NCBI RefSeq assembly: GCF_002113885.1
Contig: NW_018405746.1
Location: 8,660-72,659, forward strand
DNA: 64,000 nucleotides
Origin: Mizuhopecten yessoensis
Taxonomy: Eukaryota
Direction: 5' to 3'
The number at the start of each line of letters is the position of its first letter. Positions within the stretch are counted from its first letter, which is position 1. The position numbers and the translations under genes were made by a program. Shown piece after piece: positions 39,797 to 64,000 of this stretch. Under the pieces are notes generated by a model. It had not been told where the DNA came from, did not search any database, and saw only the letters and a list, made by a program, of their open reading frames with translations.

Positions 39797-40780
39797 ATGT
39801 CTGACGACAACCTAACGACAACAGACGAAGGAGACGTCGATTTCCCGCCATTCCTTATCCTCTTCATTGTGTTACAACAAGTAGTGTTCAGCCTTTCCTG
39901 TTTTAGCAACATCGTCGTCATCTTCATTTTCACTCGTTACCTCCATCTTCGATCCTTTAAAAACCGTTTCGTCGTGGGGCTCGCCGCCGCCGATTTTTGC
40001 ACGGGTGTTTCGGTCGGTTCCCAAATTATTTACTTCCTTTTCCCAGAATTGAACGCCGTCAGGGTGGCTTGCTTTATTCGGTATCAAATCGTTGCATTTC
40101 TGACGATGACGTCACAACTAACAGCGTCATTTACAACGTTTGACAGATACATTGCAATATGTCATCCTCACAGTTATAGTAAAGTGGTAACCAACGTTAC
40201 TGCGAACATCCTGGTTACACTACCATGGGTGTATGCCCTGGTTCTAACGTCACTGTCCTTCCTAGGACTAAAGTCATGGTCAGATGATTCCATGTATTGT
40301 CTCTATCACCTCATCTTCGAACAGGGCGTTTACTTAGCATCGGCGTTGACCACCGTCTGCTTCAGTGTCGCCTCTTTGATCATGTACATTCGAATTTTAC
40401 AGGTAGCATGGAAATACTACAACAGAATACGCCCTTCAAATGAAACCAGTCCATATCCCCAAGTCCGTAAGAAATCAACGGAGCGTAATGTTCGAAGTGC
40501 AAAGGTCATGGGGATCGTAACGGCGGCGTTTACGATTTGCTGGACGCCTTTTACGGCCTATCAATTTCGGTATGGAGTAGGGTCTGTTGACTTGACCATG
40601 GACGACATCAATGTTTCTAACTGGCTTGTTTTCCTTGGAATGACCAATAGCCTAGTGAACCCAGTGATATACGCCTGGCAACGAAAGGACTTCAACACAG
40701 TCTGCAAGAAACTTTGTGGTCGAAACGTCGATTGGAGTAACGCGACGGCTGACTTCACGTCCCATGTCTCATCAACGTAA
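39797..40780 (+). CDS. Class A (rhodopsin-like) GPCR with intronless CDS; ligand not assignable
   Basis: Seven hydrophobic segments with SN (TM1), LAAAD (TM2), FDRYIAICHP (TM3), W (TM4), CWTP (TM6) and NSLVNPVIY (TM7). The likely start is ATG 39797, after a splice acceptor at 39780; the ORF-track start at 39701 lies in the SINE tail. Confidence 0.9.
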   Translation: MSDDNLTTTDEGDVDFPPFLILFIVLQQVVFSLSCFSNIVVIFIFTRYLHLRSFKNRFVVGLAAADFCTGVSVGSQIIYFLFPELNAVRVACFIRYQIVAFLTMTSQLTASFTTFDRYIAICHPHSYSKVVTNVTANILVTLPWVYALVLTSLSFLGLKSWSDDSMYCLYHLIFEQGVYLASALTTVCFSVASLIMYIRILQVAWKYYNRIRPSNETSPYPQVRKKSTERNVRSAKVMGIVTAAFTICWTPFTAYQFRYGVGSVDLTMDDINVSNWLVFLGMTNSLVNPVIYAWQRKDFNTVCKKLCGRNVDWSNATADFTSHVSST

Positions 40781-42849
40781 ACCATGTTTGTATGGAACAT
40801 CCTATATTCCAAACGGGTTTATATAAGTGATTCATATAAAAGTCATGATATGTTATTTGTGGCATCGTAATAACGGACAGTTGACCAACGCCATAAATAC
40901 ACAATTGATAAATTATCGATCATATGTTTATCTAACGGTCCTGTCTAGTAACATCGTTTTTGGCATGAGACCCAACTGAAACATGCTATTTACAAAGAGT
41001 GCAGTATGCATTGTTTGGTCCACAATCATTGGGCTTTATCCACTTAAACTCTTTTTCTCTCGACATTCGTTATGTACACAAATTGATATGCGCACAAATA
41101 TCTTTTCTTTTTAGCATTTCGTGTAGTAGAACATGCATGTCACATTAACGACCCCTTCCTTCCGGAAGACATACAATCCAAATGCGATCCATATTACACA
41201 ATTGTAAAAACAACTCCACTATTCGTTACAACATCTCACTACTGGCCTGAAGATAGACATAAACCAGATTAGTTAGTAATGTATGGGCTTGGAACAATTT
41301 GTTATGTGAACAAATTGCTTTCGTTTCTGTGAATAAAGGAGTTCTTGTCATTTGATATGAGCGAATTTGTGTACATTTTAAACTTCAACTACATTTTAAA
41401 TTAGGGTTTTCACATGTACGATGGTATTCCATGATGGACGGTAGAGGATCTTGAAGTATGTATTTATAAAGGGGAGACCGGGGCAAGTTCGGCCAATTTT
41501 TATTAAAGTCGTTCTGGGAAGTATGACAATTGTTGAATTTTATATGTGTGTCATACATTTATTTTGCAGAGAAATTCTATGCCTTTCATGAAAGAATATT
41601 TGTCCGTATTTGGAGGAGAAGTATTTAACTTTTACCGGCGAAAGATTGGACGGCGAAATGTTGCCGCTTTGGAGCAGGTTTGGACAGGCAAACTGGGGTA
41701 AGGTCGGCCCACGTTGGAATCAGCATAATAATGAGATGCAATCTAAGATCCCTCCCCAAAGCCCTAGCACGAATTGGCAAGGGATCATGAGTTTCAAATT
41801 TAGTATAAGCAGTTTTACGTTGACACAATATTATTAAACTATAGCTCGTTCTATCGAGTTCGCCGTTTTAAGTTGACATTTATTGATTCAATTAAAATCG
41901 GGCCATGGCCCCGTTTTAAAAAGCATTATTCATTTCTAGAATTATTTGTTTTTTGTCTTCAGTATATTAGTTTTCTGGCCCTAAATGGCTACAATTGTTG
42001 ATGGGACTCAAAACAAATCAACACAAAAACAAAACGTCAGCCTGAGTACCCGTTCATAAAGGAACGGGAACTATGATAATTTTCATAAGATTGATATTGA
42101 CTTTTACTGCCAACGTAAATCAGTTCAATGTTCAAAATAAATCAATTATTAAATACAGGATTCACATTTAACTTTCTCTTAGTCCTGATGTACAACCAAA
42201 TACAGGCGCGCATATAACTGCCTATACGCGACATGCAGGTACAAAAAAAACCACTGCTTGTTGTACCCACTTGCCCTCTGCCAAGGCCCTAGCCTTGACC
42301 CGCTCCTAAATGAATCCCCTGTATGATCAAGGGCTCGCTACGCTACTTCTCTAGAATATTGAACTATTCAGGAAAAAACGAGACTAATGATTTTGATAAC
42401 TTGGATGTTCTTTACAAAAACATAGGGTCTGGTAGCCTGGACATAGTGATGGACGGGTGTAAGTTATTGCATGTGGTCTAAGCTGTCGCGAGCCGAAGGA
42501 TGCGGGAGGATATTTGATAACAGCTGCAAATAGTTAAATCAATGCAATCCCTATGCAACACAGACAGAATGAACTTGAGTCCAGCCATTAGAAAAATGAG
42601 ATAGATAATAAATAATAAATAAAGACCGGTCGTAAATACGTAGTCATAAAAAGCACTACGTATAACTTTTTTTCAATTCACCGACAATCCACCGATTAGT
42701 CGGAACGACTGACTGTCAATGATCAAAGAAAATAGTAAAATCAGCCTCAACACTAGATTGGTCCAAACTACACAACGTATACACATTGGGTCAGGTTTAA
42801 CCGTTCGGAGTTTGGATACGATCAATCCGGAATGGCTGTATTTACCTAG

Positions 42850-44520
42850 TATAGTGTTTAATGTGTAACAAGGGGAACAAAATTTAATTTGAAATTTGAG
42901 AAAGATCGGTCTAGTGTTCCTTGGGAAATAGTATCGGTAACAAAATGGAACTGTCGAAAACCAAGATGGCTGCCTGGTGATAATTTCGTTTTTCTGATCA
43001 GCCTCAAGAAGAAGCATGCACAATGACGGCCATGCATGGTGAACCTAGATACGTGTGAAATTTGAGAAAGATCTCTCCAATACTTGAAGAAATGTTTATA
43101 GCGCTAATAAAATCTAACTCACAAAATTCAAGATGGCTGCCTGTCTTCAAATCCACCTTATGCATAACTACAGACTATGGGGAACTAACCTACATGTGAA
43201 ATTAAAGGAAGATTCCCTTCAATGCTTTCTGAGATGTAGCACTAATAAACATTAGCTCTTAAAATCTAAAACGGTCGCATGTCGGTCATTTTAGTTTTCA
43301 GATCAGTCCGAAAATTCGATATGCTTTATTTAGGACGAAGGAGAGCCTACATGTATAAACAGGTAACCTCTATTTATATCTGAGAAATATCGCTATCATA
43401 CATCAGCTCATATTTCAAAATGGTCAGCTGTCAGCCATCTAAGTTTTACGATCAGTCCCAAGATACACAACTACGCAAACAAACTTTAACTCTTAAAATT
43501 CAAGGAAGCAGCCTGTCAGGCATCTTGGTTATCCGATCTATCCAAATTCCATTTTTACTCTCAAACTTCAACATGGCCACCTGTCGGCCATTTTGGTTTT
43601 GAGGTCAGTCTGAAAAAAAACTGATTTTTGTGAACCTACATGTACATGTGAAATTCTAACCAAAGGCCTACGGCTGTATTGTTCTAAATCGTCCAGTTTC
43701 AGCCGTAGGTCTTGGTTCTCTAGCTTTATGGCGTCTAGTTCGATCCTTAGGGGTGCCATTTCCTTTTGTATCAAACTCGAGATTTCTTCTACAAGCATGT
43801 CTCTGACGGCCACAGCTATATCTTTTATATTATCTGGTGAGAGATTTACATTGTAAGCTTGAGGACTAGGGGCATTGCCCGGGGGATAGCCAACAGTCTG
43901 AGGGTAGTGGTTGCCAGGAAGAACGTTGCCGTGGTGAGCTGAGGGCGTCGACGTACCCATCGGGAGGTAAAGACCAGGTGGGCCAGGGTACATAGGATAA
44001 TTTGTGGGAGGGCTTTCATCGGTAAGTGATCCCTGTCTGGCTTTTTTACTTTCGGGAAGAATTGGAGACGAAGAAGACGTGTTAAAAAATGTTTATTGGA
44101 AGTGGAAGCAGAATCCATGGTTAATAGTATGAACACAGCATGTGCATGTACAATTTCACAAACAGTATCTGTCATCTTGGTTTTTGGATCAATTCAAATT
44201 CCTATACGCATAAATAAGGACCATGAGGAACCTTCGTGTGACATTGAGAAAGATTCCTCCAATATGCATGTACATTTATATATACTTTCTAAGAAATAAC
44301 ATATAACTATTTAGCTAGCTTTAACTTTCAAAATCATCGGCCATCTCAGTTTTCCCATCAGTCCAAAAACTTAAACATTTGAAATTTGAGAAAGAATTCA
44401 GTACACATGCTTGAACTTAATTAATGAGAATAGTGCTAACAAATTTTAACTCTCAAAATTAAAAATATATATATGTACGTGTAGCCGCCTGTCGGCCATC
44501 TTTGGTTCATTGGTTCATTG
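42850..44520. repeat. Degenerate about 140-170-bp satellite array (HINE-type core repeats), interrupted by a LINE ORF1 fragment
   Basis: Recurrent AAGATGGCTGCCTGTCGGCCATCTTGGTTTT and CCTACATGTGAAATTTGAGAAAGAT units occur at about 42963, 43131, 43269, 43417, 43570, 44170, 44336 and 44485. Related units recur at about 46660-46910. Confidence 0.7.
43650..44105 (-). mobile_element. LINE ORF1-like fragment (coiled coil followed by DDLEQYSRR)
   Basis: ...IKDIAVAVRDML...LDAIKLENQDLRLKLDDLEQYSRRPLVRIS resembles the coiled-coil/RRM junction of CR1/L2-group ORF1 proteins. Confidence 0.65.
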
Positions 44521-45009
44521 CAGCTGGCACCGTTGTAAGCGTCTGGTCGCTTCTTAAGGTACTTCTTAATAGTCTACTCCACTTCCGGCTGCATTTGGAG
44601 ACATTAGAGAAGACATTATTTCTCAATACTAGTGAATATTATGTACATGTGCAATGGGTGGTAAAAAAGTTGCATCCTAATTTCATTTGAAATATGGGTA
44701 TTCAGCTATAAAAAAGGACTAGCAGGCCTGTATAAATCACAAGTCTCCGAAAAAGAGGTTATTTTACTATTTAATAGATATACACACATTGTGATTTACT
44801 AGTTTCAGACCTGTCAATGAACTATACTTGAAAGTATAGATATTAAAAGGTTTCATGGGTTAAAAAATGCTAAATTTAAATTGGAGTTAGGGAAGCCTAT
44901 AATATGTATTTCCGCAGCTAGTTAGTAGAAGTTTGGTTCAAAAATATTGGGGTTATTTTCCCAGTGTTTGTTTAACCTGGTCTTAAAAGAAAACAGGGAT
45001 TGGGCATTT

Positions 45010-46620
45010 ACCACTTTGTCCAGGGCTTTTTTTGTAATCCAAATAAATGACATCCACTTGCTTGTTTTGGTCTGAAGCTTCTGTCCAGTCGTCAATAGAT
45101 TCTAATAGTTGTGTGGTGCAAGACTTGCTACTTATAAAACCGTGCTGCTCCATGGAGAAAAGGTTGTTCTTGTCATTGCGTTCCACTATTTCGTCTCTTA
45201 TTAGTCGCTGAGACAGTTTACACACAATTGATGTTATGCTTATTGGCCTATAGTTCCCTGCATCTTTCTTGTTCCCCTTTTAAAATTTGGTGTGACATTT
45301 ACTTGTTTCCATGATTTCAAAAGACAATTTTCTGCCATAGCTTTTTCAAGAACGTATTTCAAAGGGCCTTTATTTGGTTTGCAGCCTCATTTAGGAATTT
45401 GGGATGTATGTTGTCAGGACCAGCAGCTTTGTTTACTTTCAATCTGCCAATAGCTTTGACTATTTTTTCCTCCTCCGAATCCTACTTATTTTCCTATTTG
45501 GGGAGTGATCTTGAAATTGAGGAAGTGGTTCTTGCCCCTCATCTACGAAAACACCAGCGAAGGGCTTGTTGAGTACCTCAGCCTTTTTCTTGGTCATTTT
45601 TAGTGAGTTATCCGTTCCCTTTGTCCAGTTGTGTTGTCTTCTCTTTTGTCTTTGCTTTGGTGCGGACATATTTCCAAAAAAGTTTTGGTTCAGTTTTTAT
45701 TTTTGGTTCAGTTTTTATTTTTTAAGCTAGTAATTCCTCATGGTTATATGTGTTGTTACGAATTGCCCTTGTTACTAAATTTCTTGTTTTTTGGTAGGAT
45801 TTGAAGTTTGAAGCAGTTTTACAGTGTACATATTTGTATCCATCTACTCCTTTTGATCCTTTACTCACTGGTACATGTTGTTTAACAACTTTATTATTTC
45901 AGTAAAAGATTCCCAGGATTCGGTTAGATCCACAATATTCATGACACCTCACTCTACTTTTGATAGCTCCTCTCTAATAGCTGCATAGTCAGCTTTAAAA
46001 TAGTTTGGTCTTGTTTTTTCACTAACTTTGTTTTCAGTGTAGCATACAGATTTAAAAACTAACGATAGATGGTCACTATAGGCCCAATACTACTTTTATA
46101 TTCCAGGAAATCAATCATATTCTCTTCATTTGTATGAGGTCTAGAACCGATGGAATGCTTCCCTCTCCGAGTCTTGTTGGATGTAACACATGTTGATATA
46201 AAAAAAAATAAGCATGTGTTAGTTCTAGGAATTTTGTAGCTATATGTTGTTCATTAGCATCAGTAGTATTTTCCTTCCAGTTGATTTCCTTGAAGTTTAA
46301 ATCTCCCTAGATGAGAAGGTGAGAATTTGTGGTTGAATTAGCCTTTCTGAACATTTCACTGAGCTGGGTAAAGTTATCTCCAATATACAGTTGGGAGTCT
46401 TGAACACACAGCCCAATAGAAGGGAATCATATTTGTTAAGTGTTTACGTCTAAGTTGTCCCTTATATAGATAGCTACACCTCTTCGGAAACCTCTCTCAT
46501 TATTGTTGAACTGATTGTTTCTTTCTAGATTTAAATTTCTGGCCCAATTATCGAATATAGTGTTTTTAGGGAGGATCTCAGTTATTGCAATACTATCCGG
46601 TTTTGTTTCTACAACACGTT
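45010..46620 (-). mobile_element. Degenerate CR1-like ORF2 (APE endonuclease to N-terminal RT)
   Basis: KPDSIAITE, RRGVAIY, ILGDLNFKEINW, SDHL, KAAGPDNIHPK, NYRPISITSIVCK, EQHGF...SCTTQLLE...VDVIYLDYKK occur in order, with many frameshifts. Confidence 0.88.
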
Positions 46621-46970
46621 AGTGTAAAAAAACATTTAAGCCGTCCGTGATAAAATAAAATAAAAAAAAACCACACCTATGTCAGCTGACTCTTTATGAC
46701 CATATTGGAAATTGGGCTCATATCCCCAATAGTACGATCCTCCACCCAATCTTGATTTCCCAATCAGTTCCAAAATTTATACGCAAAACCACGGACATGG
46801 ATCTAATTCCGTGGCATAAGTAAGGACCACGGGAACCTTCGTGTAAAATGTGATAAAGATTCCTCCAGTAGTTTGTTAGAAGTAATGATATTTAACTTTC
46901 AAAATTCAAGAGGGCCAACTGTCGTAGGCCTAGTTCCCTCCTCTTGTAGGAGAACCGAGTGTGATGACTG

Positions 46971-47005
46971 GGCATGCGCAAGGCGGACATTTTGAAAAGC
47001 GGAAG
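46971..47005 (+). promoter_or_regulatory. BUB1 core promoter: NRF1-like site, CDE/CHR tandem, ETS-like site
   Basis: GCATGCGCA (46972-46980), GGCGG-ACAT-TTTGAA (46982-46996) and GCGGAAG (46999-47005) lie 60-85 bp upstream of the first ATG. Confidence 0.7.
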
Positions 47006-47057
47006 ACCGTACAAAATAAGTTATTGAAGCAAAAACAGCGAAGGAAACGATTGAGCA

Positions 47058-63751
<16,694 letters not shown>

Positions 63752-64000
63752 TAGAATTATGTTGTCAATTACAACGTTTTATCTGGAGTGAAATACAAAA
63801 ATACGTTTACTGTTTTTCTGCTGCAGTGTCATGTTGATGCTGATGTTAATGATCATTACACTCAGCTTAACATTTTAAGCACAACAATATGTCCACCGTT
63901 TGTTTGATATACCTTTTTTCATGTACAGGAAACATTATAACAGACTCCTGTGAATTTAAGAAATTGGGTTGTGATAGGCATATACTGTATAGTTGTATAT

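Overview
AT-rich, intron-rich animal genomic DNA. The repeat repertoire (Helentron-associated HINEs, a Nin-domain-type SINE, CR1/L2-group LINE relics) suggests a mollusc, probably a bivalve; this is inference. I assembled five protein-coding genes by hand from splice sites and reading-frame phase: TMEM104 (+, 10 coding exons); a TEX33/CIMIP4-like ciliary gene (-) with two duplicated alternative last exons; mitochondrial thioredoxin TXN2 (+), head-to-head with the TEX33-like gene; an intronless class A GPCR (+); and a BUB1/MadBub spindle-checkpoint kinase (+, about 20 exons, running off the right end). The rest is LINE debris, SINEs, MITEs, HINEs and satellites. The most notable observations are: (1) BUB1 apparently lacks the N-terminal KEN box and carries four tandem ABBA-like/DEN repeats plus a polyQ insert; (2) a textbook CDE/CHR element lies upstream of BUB1; (3) TXN2 has a minisatellite made of copies of its own exon end and 5' splice site, and a second repeat copied from its stop-codon region; (4) two sister HINE copies have flip/flop (AAA vs TTT) hairpin loops; (5) there is a possible unannotated spliced minus-strand transcript at 32.7-34.45 kb. 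I see no prokaryote-type system (CRISPR, operon). All family assignments come from remembered motifs, not database searches.
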